From: Pseudomonadota bacterium
Lineage (GTDB): Bacteria; Myxococcota_A; UBA9042; GCA-2863065
Reading direction: 5' to 3'
DNA: 64,000 bases
Assembly (NCBI GenBank): GCA_005776725.1
Contig: SXOO01000217.1
Coordinates: 2,944-66,943, forward strand
Shown here: positions 26,865 through 36,100 of the stretch, one piece after another
Position numbering within the stretch: position 1 is the stretch's first letter
Layout: every line of letters starts with the position of its first letter
Translations under genes and position numbers: made by a program
Notes under the pieces: model-generated
The model's input: the letters and a program-made list of their open reading frames with translations, nothing else
Told to the model about the DNA's origin: nothing
Database searches by the model: none

Positions 26865-28913
26865 CTAACGCGGTTCGAGGTGATTCCGGAACTCGCGGGT
26901 GGCCACGAGCAGCTCTCGCACCCGCGCTACCTCGCCCGGGTTCGCGCCGCGGGCCGAGGCCACCTCGAGCACGCGCTCTGCGTCCGTGAAGCGCCCGAGG
27001 GCGATCTGCGCCTCCGCCGCGCGCAGGGCGGTGTCTGCCCCGGCGCCCGCGTCGAGCTGGCGGCGCGTCTCCAGAATGGCGCCCTCGTAGTCCCCTGCTA
27101 CGAAGCGATGAAACGCAGCCTGAGGGCCTTCGAGCGCGCCCGCGGGGACCAGCCGATTCGCCGCAGCCCACTCCGGGGCGCGGGCGAGCACGGCGCCGAC
27201 GTCCAGGCCGGCGGCGCGGTCGAAGGCCACGCCGTGACGCGCCCAGTACATCGCGACCCGGTTGAAGTTGGCGTCGTTCCGCGGGTGGTCCCGCAGGTAG
27301 ATCGCGAAGCCCGCCGACCGGTAGACGAGGCGCCACCACGGCACGCCTTCGAGGTGGCGCAGCGTCGCGGTGGCGACGTAGGGCCACCCCGGTCCGCCCA
27401 CACCGAAGAAGATGTCGACCCCGTAGTCCTCGAGCAGCTCGAGGTACGGGCGCCCGTCGGTGGGGCGCACCCCGCCGCTCTCGATCACGTCGTAGTCCTT
27501 GGCCACCGCGGCGGAGTAGTGCTCCGTACGACCGTCGATGAACGTCCGAATCCGCGGCGCGAGGTGGTAACCGAGGTAGGCGCCCAGCGTGTAGTTGTTG
27601 AACATCCGGCCTTCGACGCCCGCCTCGGAGAGGAACGTGGCGCCTTCGCCCGCGAACGACGTGTGGTTCACGGCCGTGCGGAGATACAGGCCCGGGTCGG
27701 CGGGACGCCCGCCGGCCGGCCAGCCCGGCACGTCGCTCATGAGGAGCAGCCAGAACCCGTAAGTGGGGAGGGCGGCCACGAGGCTGAGCGCCCCTCCCGC
27801 GGCCGGGGCGTGGAGTGTGGGCGCGAGCCTCCCGGCCACGCGCGTGGCGTACAGGAGGGGCAGGAACGACAGCCACATGAAGCGGAACGAGATGAGGTAA
27901 GCGGCAGCCCCTGCGATCCCCATGAGGACCGCGGGAAGGTCGAGCAGACGGCCGGCCTCCGAGGGCGGCGTCGCCACGGACGCCCCGGTCGTGGAGGGGG
28001 GTGAGTTGCCGGCGGGCCGCGCTGCCCGAGCGGCCGCCACGGCCGCCGCCCCGAACAGCAGCAGCACCAGCCCGCCACAGAGCCAGCCGAGGCCGGACAG
28101 CATTGGGCTGTTGTCGCTGGGATCCAGGGGGTTGAAGGGGTACCAGTCGTCGACGACGTCCCAGATCGCGTGCTCACTCTGCGACGTGAAGAACGTCACG
28201 TGCTGCGCGAGGCCTCGTGGGTTGAGCGCGGTGACCAGGACGCCCAGGCCGATGAACGTGGCCAGCGCGCGGAACACCTCGCGGGGTCGCGGGTCCTCCG
28301 GCGTTCCCGGTGGCCGCGTCTCCAGGCGCTCCAGCAGCGCCCCCAGCGCCCCCGCGCCCGCGACAGCGAAAGCGATGAGGAAGAGCGAGTGCGCGTTCAC
28401 CCAGAACACGGCCACCGCCAGCGCCATCGCCAGCTGCGCCCGTCGAGTCCGCTGCGGATCCTCGAGCACCCAGCCGTAGATCAGCAGCGCCGCGAGGATA
28501 GAGAAGAGATCGGCGCGGGTTTGATAGAGGCGCGGGTAGGTCAACACCGCCCAGAGCACGAAGCCCAGTGATGCCAACCCGGCGCCCCCGGCGGCTCGGC
28601 GGAAGAGCCGCCAAGCGAGCGCGAGGATGGCCACCACCAGGACGGCGTGAAACGCCCGCAGCCCCTGGAAGCCGAGCTGGTCCTGGACGAGGTAGTAGAG
28701 CACCTCGCTCAGCCACTCATGGGGCGTGGGCTTCACGTCCCCGTGCGTGAACAGCATCGGCTCGCTCTGCGCCAACGGCCCCTCGGCCGCGTAGAGCTCC
28801 CCCATCTTCAGGTAGTACCAGTTGTCCGCCGTGGCGAGCGGGCGGGCAGACAGGAGCAGGATCAACACGGCCGCCCCGAGAGCGGCGAGGGCGGCCACGG
28901 CGCGGGTGATCAC
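26865..28913 (-). CDS. Polytopic membrane protein, GT-C-glycosyltransferase-like, with periplasmic domain and short TPR tail
   Basis: N-terminal TM then D-N-W-Y-Y-L-K-M-G loop, HEWLSE, WVNAHSLF, many TMs, FNNYTLGAYL, FIDGR, C-terminal TPR-like helices. Confidence 0.6.
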   Translation of the reverse strand: MITRAVAALAALGAAVLILLLSARPLATADNWYYLKMGELYAAEGPLAQSEPMLFTHGDVKPTPHEWLSEVLYYLVQDQLGFQGLRAFHAVLVVAILALAWRLFRRAAGGAGLASLGFVLWAVLTYPRLYQTRADLFSILAALLIYGWVLEDPQRTRRAQLAMALAVAVFWVNAHSLFLIAFAVAGAGALGALLERLETRPPGTPEDPRPREVFRALATFIGLGVLVTALNPRGLAQHVTFFTSQSEHAIWDVVDDWYPFNPLDPSDNSPMLSGLGWLCGGLVLLLFGAAAVAAARAARPAGNSPPSTTGASVATPPSEAGRLLDLPAVLMGIAGAAAYLISFRFMWLSFLPLLYATRVAGRLAPTLHAPAAGGALSLVAALPTYGFWLLLMSDVPGWPAGGRPADPGLYLRTAVNHTSFAGEGATFLSEAGVEGRMFNNYTLGAYLGYHLAPRIRTFIDGRTEHYSAAVAKDYDVIESGGVRPTDGRPYLELLEDYGVDIFFGVGGPGWPYVATATLRHLEGVPWWRLVYRSAGFAIYLRDHPRNDANFNRVAMYWARHGVAFDRAAGLDVGAVLARAPEWAAANRLVPAGALEGPQAAFHRFVAGDYEGAILETRRQLDAGAGADTALRAAEAQIALGRFTDAERVLEVASARGANPGEVARVRELLVATREFRNHLEPR

Positions 28914-28915
28914 GT

Positions 28916-29995
28916 TCAGCTGAGCTCGATCCGCTTCTGGACGATCTTCGCGAGGTCGGCCTCGCCCAGGCCCAGCCGCGCGGCGCCCTCGATGAACTTC
29001 GGGGCGCGGGTCCCGTCGCGGTCAACGAAGACGCTCTTCAGCCCCTTCGCCTCGCGGATGGTCTCGATCCAGTCCAGGATCACGCGGTCCATCGCCACCG
29101 GATCGGTGGAGACCGCGATCTCGTTCTTCGCCTCACGGAACCGCTTGTCCTGGGGCCCCCCGTGGTAGAGCACGCGCAGCGCGTCGCAGATCACGAGGCG
29201 CACCTTGCCGCCCAGCTGCTCGTGGTTGTAGACCCGGGCCACGTTGCAGATTCCGTCGTGGAAGCAGGCGGTCTTGCACTTCTCCCGGCTGCAGTGGAAG
29301 TGCGGGACGGTCTCGATGTTGCCGTAAGCGACGTTCTTCAGGGCGCCCGTCACCCCGGTGAGATCGTGGTCCTTCGGGACGCAGACGTTGATGACGGCGG
29401 TGACCTTGCGGGCGATCTTGGCGAGCCGCGCCTCGGAGAGATCGCCTCGCCGGTTGCGGCCGTCGACGGGTGTTGCGTCGTCTTCGTAGCCGAGGGTCTT
29501 GTGGTAGTGCACCGGGAAGTTCCCGGGTTTGCCCTTCATACCGGGGCCCAGCGCGCGGAACCCGCCAGTCTTCATCCGCGACCCATACTGGTCGTAGATG
29601 ATCACGTTCTCCTTCGGGACGCCGGCGGCGTGCACTGCCTCGGCCACCGCGAACGCGGTCGCGGGATGTACGGACGAGTGCGGCGACCCGAGCGTGTTGA
29701 TCTTCACGCCCACCACGTCGCCAGGCTTCACGAAGCGCGCCATGGCCGCGCCGGGCGTGGCTTCGCCCGTGAACTCGGTGAGGGCGCGCGCCACCATGAC
29801 GCGGACCACCTCTTCGTTGGTCTTGATCACCTCGCTGGTGGCGCCCGGGTGAAAGACCCGGAGCACGAAGCCCTTCCCGGGGGTGGCGGCTTGCGCAGTA
29901 GCGGGCACGCCCAACACGGTGGTGGCCGCCAGCGTGGCGGTGGCCCGGGTCAGGAAGTCTCGGCGGCTCTGCGCGGGCGCGGGGATCTCGGTCAC
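28916..29995 (-). CDS. Tat-exported DUF362-domain protein
   Basis: SRRDFL twin-arginine signal, VKPGDVVGVKIN, INVCVPKDH, GVTGALKN, STDPVAMD, AARLGLG. Confidence 0.85.
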   Translation of the reverse strand: MTEIPAPAQSRRDFLTRATATLAATTVLGVPATAQAATPGKGFVLRVFHPGATSEVIKTNEEVVRVMVARALTEFTGEATPGAAMARFVKPGDVVGVKINTLGSPHSSVHPATAFAVAEAVHAAGVPKENVIIYDQYGSRMKTGGFRALGPGMKGKPGNFPVHYHKTLGYEDDATPVDGRNRRGDLSEARLAKIARKVTAVINVCVPKDHDLTGVTGALKNVAYGNIETVPHFHCSREKCKTACFHDGICNVARVYNHEQLGGKVRLVICDALRVLYHGGPQDKRFREAKNEIAVSTDPVAMDRVILDWIETIREAKGLKSVFVDRDGTRAPKFIEGAARLGLGEADLAKIVQKRIELS

Positions 29996-30073
29996 GTGGG
30001 CTCCCTCCGGTGGTCCCGGAAGATGCCATAGACGCGTGGGAGGTGCGACCCCCGGCCCGGCCCGGTCTCCGGC

Positions 30074-30295
30074 TTACGCCGCTTGTGCCCCGAGGCCCTG
30101 CCCCATGCGACGCTCGAGCTCACCGGCGCTCGGCATCCGGGTGGGGTGCGCGCCGAAGGCGTCCTCGAGGGCGCTCACGAGCAGCGCGGTGGCGTCCGTA
30201 TCGTTTCCGGTGAGCTGTCCGGCCTGAACGTACGCGCGGGCCAGGATCGCTTCGAAGGCGCTGATCACGGTCATCGGGGTGAGCTCGGCGTTCAT
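30074..30295 (-). CDS. Small hypothetical protein (73 aa)
   Basis: ATG at 30295 with strong GGAGG RBS, own sigma54-like promoter, amphipathic helical sequence MNAELTPMTVISAFEAILARAY... Confidence 0.7.
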   Translation of the reverse strand: MNAELTPMTVISAFEAILARAYVQAGQLTGNDTDATALLVSALEDAFGAHPTRMPSAGELERRMGQGLGAQAA

Positions 30296-30334
30296 GAGAT
30301 TCCTCCAGTGGAAACAGGGTCGGGACACTTCCCT

Positions 30335-30350
30335 AGCAGGCGGCGTGCCA
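30335..30350 (-). promoter_or_regulatory. sigma54 (-24/-12) promoter
   Basis: Minus strand TGGCACG-CCGC-CTGCT with exact GG-N10-GC spacing, ~40 bp upstream of the 73-aa ORF. Confidence 0.75.
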
Positions 30351-30413
30351 GCGCGCTGCACGGCCGCCGATCCGATGATGACGCGGCCTGACCAGGCCTC
30401 GGGAGGCCGCCTC

Positions 30414-30462
30414 TGTGAAAAAACGACTCCGGCGTGCCACAGGGCTGTGTCATTTTGTCTTC
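30414..30462. promoter_or_regulatory. Candidate enhancer-binding-protein sites (UAS) for the 30335 sigma54 promoter
   Basis: Two 17-mers, TGTGAAAAAACGACTCC (30414-30430) and TGTGTCATTTTGTCTTC (30446-30462), offset by 32 bp (~3 helical turns) and ~90-140 bp upstream of the predicted start site. Confidence 0.4.
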
Positions 30463-30547
30463 GCCGCCCGATCGTCCGGGTCGCGAGCCCCTTCGCGGCT
30501 CTGGCGCCTTGCTTGCCTTCTCCCGAGGACGCTTCAGAATCGCCCAA

Positions 30548-31429
30548 GTGTTGGACGAGCCCCTCCTCAAGTTCCTCGAGCTCTGCCGTGTGCGCCTGGG
30601 CGCCGACGATGTCCGCGCGGAGATCGGAGGCCGCGAGCCCACGGGTGCCGGCCTCCTCCACGCCCCGCTCAAGCCCAATGTCCGTGTTGTGGCCGTGTTC
30701 GATGCGCCGCTCCTCGACGGCACCCGGCTGCAGGAGCGCCTCGACGGGCTAGTCGCTGCCTACGCGGGTTGGCTGGCCTCGGAGGCGCCCGAGCGGGCGC
30801 TGCCAGTCGACATTCACGGGGGGCAACCCGCTGCCGCCCTCGAGGCTGCGCTTCACGCGCTGATGACCCGAACGCAGGCGATCCGAGCCATGGTGGTGGA
30901 CGAGCAGTCGCCCATCGTCTGGGGCACGTCGCACCCTGACGCGCTGCCCACGGACATCGCCACAGCCAGCTCCCTCGCGCACACGGCGGCGGCCTTGGCG
31001 CGCGTCGGACTCGACCTGGCGGTGCTGCTCACGGAGTCCGCCGCCGACACGGAGACCGCGCTTGCGGGCTCGCTGCTCTCTCCCGCGGAGAAGCGGGGCA
31101 TCCACGGCGTGGTATCGGGCCTCCTCGAGCACGGCGTGCTGAAGACGCGAGCGGACTGGACCCACGACATCCTCGCTGCGCGAGCGATCGTGGCCACCCG
31201 CCGGCAGCGCGACGTGAGCCTGGTGCGCGAGCCTCCGCTCGGGGTCGTGGCCAAGGGCTTCGCAAACATCTACCGGCTGCTGCTGGTCTTCGAGGGGCGC
31301 TTCTCGCCCCTCCAGGCCGAGGCGGCGATCATCCAGGCCGTCCCGGCAATCGAGGGCCTGGTCACGCGCCTCCCGCCGGTGGACCCGGCGCCGGGTGGCG
31401 GCAAAGTAGTGGCTCTCCGCTCGCGTTGA
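30548..31429 (+). CDS. Hypothetical protein, possible roadblock/GAF-like fold
   Basis: Coding-like composition; [18 protein letters not shown] ... [14 protein letters not shown] ... [13 protein letters not shown] start 30548 uncertain. Confidence 0.6.
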   Translation: MLDEPLLKFLELCRVRLGADDVRAEIGGREPTGAGLLHAPLKPNVRVVAVFDAPLLDGTRLQERLDGLVAAYAGWLASEAPERALPVDIHGGQPAAALEAALHALMTRTQAIRAMVVDEQSPIVWGTSHPDALPTDIATASSLAHTAAALARVGLDLAVLLTESAADTETALAGSLLSPAEKRGIHGVVSGLLEHGVLKTRADWTHDILAARAIVATRRQRDVSLVREPPLGVVAKGFANIYRLLLVFEGRFSPLQAEAAIIQAVPAIEGLVTRLPPVDPAPGGGKVVALRSR

Positions 31430-31454
31430 GGCCAGGCGCACAAGCGGTTATAAG
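31426..31454 (+). promoter_or_regulatory. sigma70-type promoter for tal
   Basis: TTGAGG-N17-TATAAG, 27 bp upstream of the ATG at 31482. Confidence 0.5.
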
Positions 31455-31481
31455 CGCGGCCCACAGCCTCGGAGCCGCACC

Positions 31482-32126
31482 ATGAAGTTCTTCATCGACA
31501 CCGCCGACATCGCCCAAATTCGTGAAGCCGTCTCGTGGGGGATCTGCGACGGGGTCACCACCAACCCGTCCCTGGTCGCCAAGACCAAGAAGCCGCTTGC
31601 ACAAGTGATCGAAGAGATCACCAGCGTGGTCGACGGACCGATCTCGATCGAGGTCACCGCGCTCGACTTCGAAGGCATGATGAGCGAGGCCCGCCGGATC
31701 GCCGCGATCAAGAGCAACGTCGTGGTCAAGATCCCGCTCACCAAGGCGGGCATCCAGGCCACGAAGGCCTGCAGCGACGCCGGGATCAAGACCAACGTCA
31801 CCCTCTGCTTCTCGGCCGCTCAAGCGCGGCTCGCGGCCAAGGCGGGCGCCACCTACATCTCGCCGTTCATCGGGCGGCTCGACGATGTGGCGAACGAGGG
31901 CATGCAGATCATCGAAGACATCACCACGATCTACGGCAACTACGGCTTCGACACCCAGGTGCTCGTGGCCAGTGTACGCCACCCGATCCACGTGGTTCAG
32001 GCCGCCCGCCTCGGCGCCGATGTGTGCACGGTGCCGTTCGACGTGCTCGACAAGCTGTTCCTGCACCCGCTCACCGACATCGGGCTCGCGAAGTTCATGG
32101 AAGACTGGAAGAAGGTCCCCACCTGA
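31482..32126 (+). CDS. tal: Transaldolase, small TalC/Fsa-like family
   Basis: [20 protein letters not shown] (Schiff-base Lys), [19 protein letters not shown]. Glu in ISIEV and Phe in SPFIGR indicate transaldolase rather than FSA. Confidence 0.95.
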   Translation: MKFFIDTADIAQIREAVSWGICDGVTTNPSLVAKTKKPLAQVIEEITSVVDGPISIEVTALDFEGMMSEARRIAAIKSNVVVKIPLTKAGIQATKACSDAGIKTNVTLCFSAAQARLAAKAGATYISPFIGRLDDVANEGMQIIEDITTIYGNYGFDTQVLVASVRHPIHVVQAARLGADVCTVPFDVLDKLFLHPLTDIGLAKFMEDWKKVPT

Positions 32127-32129
32127 GCC

Positions 32130-33110
32130 GTGGCTGAGCCGGCCCCACCGCCTTTCGACGCCGCCGTGCGGCTCGACGCATGGGAGCCGGACTACGGTCC
32201 GGAGGTCGCGTTCGACGCCGAGACGCCCCCGCTCGGCCGCGTCGACCTCACCGTGGAGCGCGCCGACTGGGCGCCCGTGCTCCCGCCGCCTGGCGGTCCG
32301 CGCCGCCAGATCGTCTTCGTCGATGGCGTTCGCCGCCTGGAGACCCGCCTCATCGTACCTGCGCCCGCGGGCGTGGCGCACGGCGTCCTCGGAAGCTGCG
32401 CCGCCGGTGTCGTGCGTGTGGGCGAGGGGGCCGCGTTCGGGGAGTCTGTCATCCGCCGCGTCCTGCTCACCGGAGGCGGCGTGCTAGGCCGCCACGGGCG
32501 GATCGCGCCTGACCTGGTGTTCGAGCCGGAGAGCGTGGAGGCGTATGACCGCGAGGCCCCGGTGATCGCGTTCCACACGGCCATGCGCTCGCTCGAAGCC
32601 GGCATCGCCCACGCCCTGCTCGCCGCCGGCGAGCTCGTGGTGCTGGATGGTCCGCTCACCTTCGACACCACCACGCCCGGTGGCGTCGGCCTGATCAAGC
32701 GCCTCACCAACCTGCACCTCGAGCCTGACCGCGCTGGCCTCCTCGAGCGGCTCCCGGTGGGCGCCCGCACCCCGATGTTCACCCTCGACTCGGGGGGCCG
32801 CTACGGTCGCCTCGCCTGGTACCTGCGGCTCTCCGACCCGCTGCTGGGGATGACCCGGCTCGGCGGTGTGGTTCGCCTGGAGGTGCTCGAGGGGCTCGGC
32901 CTCGAAGCGGCGCGCGCCCTCGCGGGGCTCACGGCGGTGGCGTTGCCCGGCCTGGCGTCGACCTTGGCGCGCGACGCACGCGCACCGGCGAATCTCCTGC
33001 CCGTTGGAGCCCTGGAGTCGCGGCTCCGCCACTCGCTGGGCGACCCGGAGCTCATCCGGAGGCGGATCTGGGCCGCCTTCGCGCGATGGGACGTGGCTTC
33101 GGGCGCTTGA
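32130..33110 (+). CDS. NurA-like nuclease (RNase H fold)
   Basis: IVFVDGVRR, MRSLE, VVLDGPL, GLIKR, GARTPMF, WYLRL, RAPANLLPVGALESRLRHSLGD. Confidence 0.75.
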   Translation: MAEPAPPPFDAAVRLDAWEPDYGPEVAFDAETPPLGRVDLTVERADWAPVLPPPGGPRRQIVFVDGVRRLETRLIVPAPAGVAHGVLGSCAAGVVRVGEGAAFGESVIRRVLLTGGGVLGRHGRIAPDLVFEPESVEAYDREAPVIAFHTAMRSLEAGIAHALLAAGELVVLDGPLTFDTTTPGGVGLIKRLTNLHLEPDRAGLLERLPVGARTPMFTLDSGGRYGRLAWYLRLSDPLLGMTRLGGVVRLEVLEGLGLEAARALAGLTAVALPGLASTLARDARAPANLLPVGALESRLRHSLGDPELIRRRIWAAFARWDVASGA

Positions 33111-33181
33111 TCCCGCCCCGCTTGGCACCTACCATCCTCGGGTCCCGCGCCCGCCTGGCCGCGACGCCCTGGAGGCCCCTG

Positions 33182-36100
33182 ATGACCATCCCGTCGCGAC
33201 TCTCGCCCGGAGTCCCCGAAGCGGCGCCCCACGGGGTGGCGACGGTCGCCCTCGCACGCCTCCTGGCCGTGGCTCTGACGCTGGCCGGGGTCTCGGCCTG
33301 CCAGGTCGACAGTGACGGCGCATCGCCGGACGTGGCCACGGGCGGCGTAGACTTCGTGGCGCCCCCGCGCGTCCCCGAAGCGCCGCCGGAGCCCAGCCTC
33401 GGCTTTCCGCCGGAGCACCCGCAGCGGGTCACGCTCGGAACACCCGAGGACGGGGTCCCGGATCCCGCCGCGAAGGTCGAGCTGCTCTCAGTTGAGCCCG
33501 CGGTGGGCACCGCCGAGGGGGGCGACATCGTGGTCCTCCGCGGCTCAGGGTTCACGGAGAACGCCGGGGTCCGCTTCGGCGAGGCTCCGTCGCCGCTCGT
33601 GTTCGTGGTGGACGACACCTGGATCAACGCGACCACGCCGCCCGGGGCTCCTGGTCCGGTGGACGTACGGGTAACGTTGCCGTCCGGTCCCGAGGCGGTC
33701 CTCGAGGCCAGCTTCACGTACGAGGCGGACTTCTCGGTGCTCTCCGTCGTGCCCACCGAGGGGCCGGCTGAAGGCGGGATGCCCCTGACTGTCTTGGGTA
33801 CGGGGTTCGTCCCCGGGACCCAGGTCATGGTGGGTGACCGCGTCGCGGTGAACACCGAAGTCGTCTCGCCTACAGAGCTTCGTGCGCTCCTGCCGCCCGG
33901 GGCGCCGGGGGTCGTAGACGTCCGCGCCGTCCTCGTAGGGCAGGCCGTGTCCACCCTGGAGCGGGCCTTCCGGTACCGCGCACCGCCCAACGTCACCAGC
34001 GTCGCGCCGTTGTCGGGCCCCACGGTGGGCGGCAACGAGCTCGTGCTCCAAGGGCAGCACCTCGGGCCGGTCACCTCGGTGGAGATTGGCGGTGTCCCGG
34101 CCGAGATCGTCGGCGTTGACTCGGACGGCACAGCGCTCCGTGTGATCGCGCCGCCCTCTGCAGCGGGTCGCGTGGGGCTAGAGGTCGAGTCGCCGGACGG
34201 CGTCGCGGCGCTCGAGGACGCCTACGTGTACGTCGGCGCGGACGCGCCTGGTGTCAGGCTGTGGAACGCCGTCCCGAACAAGGGACCCCTCGCCGGAGGC
34301 ACGGCGGTGGCGCTGGTCGTCGGCGGGCTCGTCGACGCACCCGTCCAGGTCAGCTTTGGCGCCGCCGACGCGCAGGTCGTGGCGGTGGATCCGGTGGCCG
34401 GTCGCGTCACCGTGGTCTCACCACCGGGAACGGCCGGCCCAGCGCAGGTGCGGGTGACGCAGGGCGACGCGTCGGACGTGCTCACGGCCGGCTTCACGTA
34501 CGTCAACGCGCCCGTGGTCGTCTCGCTCTCCCCGGCCTCAGGGAGCCAGTCGGGCGGTCAGCTGGTGTTCGCGTCGGGCGAGGGGCTCAACGGAGGCGAG
34601 CTCAACGTGACCGTCGGCGGGATCCCGGCCGGGGAGGTCCAATCCGGCTCCTCGGGTCAGCTCGGCTTCATCGCGCCGCCGTGCTCTCCGGGGCTGCACG
34701 ACGTCGTGGTGTCCGTGGGTGACCACTCGGTCCTCGTCCCCGGCGCTTATCTCTGCCGCCCCGATGAGTTCGCCGTGCTCGCGATGGACCCCGCCGAAGC
34801 GGCACGCTCAGGCGGCGCCCTCGTGCGGCTGCTGGGAACCGGGCTGCCCGATGACCTCGAGGTGCGCATCGCGGGACAACCCGTCGGCGTCGAGTGGGAG
34901 TCGTCTGGAGCCGCTTGGGTGCGCGTGCCGCGCGGCGAGGAGGGGCCCACCGAGGTCGTGGTCACGTCGCCCAGCCTCGGGACCGAGTCGCGCCTGCCTG
35001 GGGGCCTCCTGCTCGTGAACCCGGAGGACCGCAAGGCGGCCACCTGGGGAGAGCTGGCGGAGCACTCCGTCAACGTCACGCTGATCGACGGGGGCACCGG
35101 AGCCCTCCTCGAAGGCGCCACCGCCGTGGTCAACCCAGGCACGGGCGACTATACGTGCACCACGGATGATCGCGGGCAGTGCACGGTGTCCGCCAAGAAC
35201 CTCGCGGGGTCGTTCACGGTCACGGGCGCCAAGCCGCAGTTCTCGGCCTACACCATCGCCGGGACGTCGGCGCGGCACGTGACCATGTTCCTCCGAGCGC
35301 AGGCTCCCCCGGGGCAACAGGCGCCGCCGGGTCAGCCCGGAGAGCAGTCACCCAGCGTGGATATCAACACGCTGCTCGGCACCATCTCGGGTCGGGTGGT
35401 CGGCATCGGGAAGTACGTCGTCCCGCCCACCCCCAGCTGCGCCCTCGTCGGCTCCCCCGACGGGCAGCAGTGTGCGCCGTGCGCCGTCGATGACCAGTGC
35501 GCGGCCGGCCTCACCTGCCACAGCTTGCTCGACACCGGCGCCTGGTGCTTCAAGGGCTGCGTGTCGGACGGCGACTGTGGCACGGGCTTTCGGTGCTCCG
35601 CCCTTGGCGGCGCCGCGCGTTGCGTCCCCGGCGGCGGACAGCCCAAGGCGCGGTGCGAGACCTCGCGGCGCTCGTTCTTTGGCGAGAACCCGAGCGCAGG
35701 ACCTCTCGCAGACGTCGACCTCGAGGATGGTACCTACGCGGTGGAGTCGCGCCTCGGCGAGGTCACGGTGTACTGCATCGCCGGCTACATCTCGGAGCCG
35801 AGTGGCGTCTTCATCCCAACGGTCATGGGCAAGGCCTCCACGATCATCGTGCACCTCGGCGAGTCGATCCCGGACGTGGACGTGGTCCTCGACATCCCCC
35901 TCTCGCGCCCCGTCACCGGCCACCTCTTCGACCTCCCGTACCACGAGCAGGGGATCGGCGAGCCCTATCTGCGGCACGCCATCGATCTGGGCGCCGAGGG
36001 GTGGATCCCCATGCCGGAGACGCCCACCTATCGCGACGGCGACCTCCTGTACTTCGTCGGCTACCCAGAGACGCTCGAGGCGTTCGGCCCCGAGGCGTCC

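Noticed and set aside
12181-27876. ORF-track N-terminal extensions (630-aa MenG, 1006-aa MenC/E, 626-aa MenD, 878-aa GPAT) suggesting larger PHYLLO-like fusions
   Set aside because: The extensions are off-frame read-throughs of the upstream genes. True starts are marked by xTGA overlaps or an RBS.
30424-30439. Second TGGCACG on the minus strand as another sigma54 promoter
   Set aside because: Lacks the -12 TGC (reads TGGCACG-CCGG-AGTCG).
32130-33110. NurA-like gene as part of an anti-phage defence island
   Set aside because: No neighbouring defence, helicase or mobile genes. The context is housekeeping and envelope genes.
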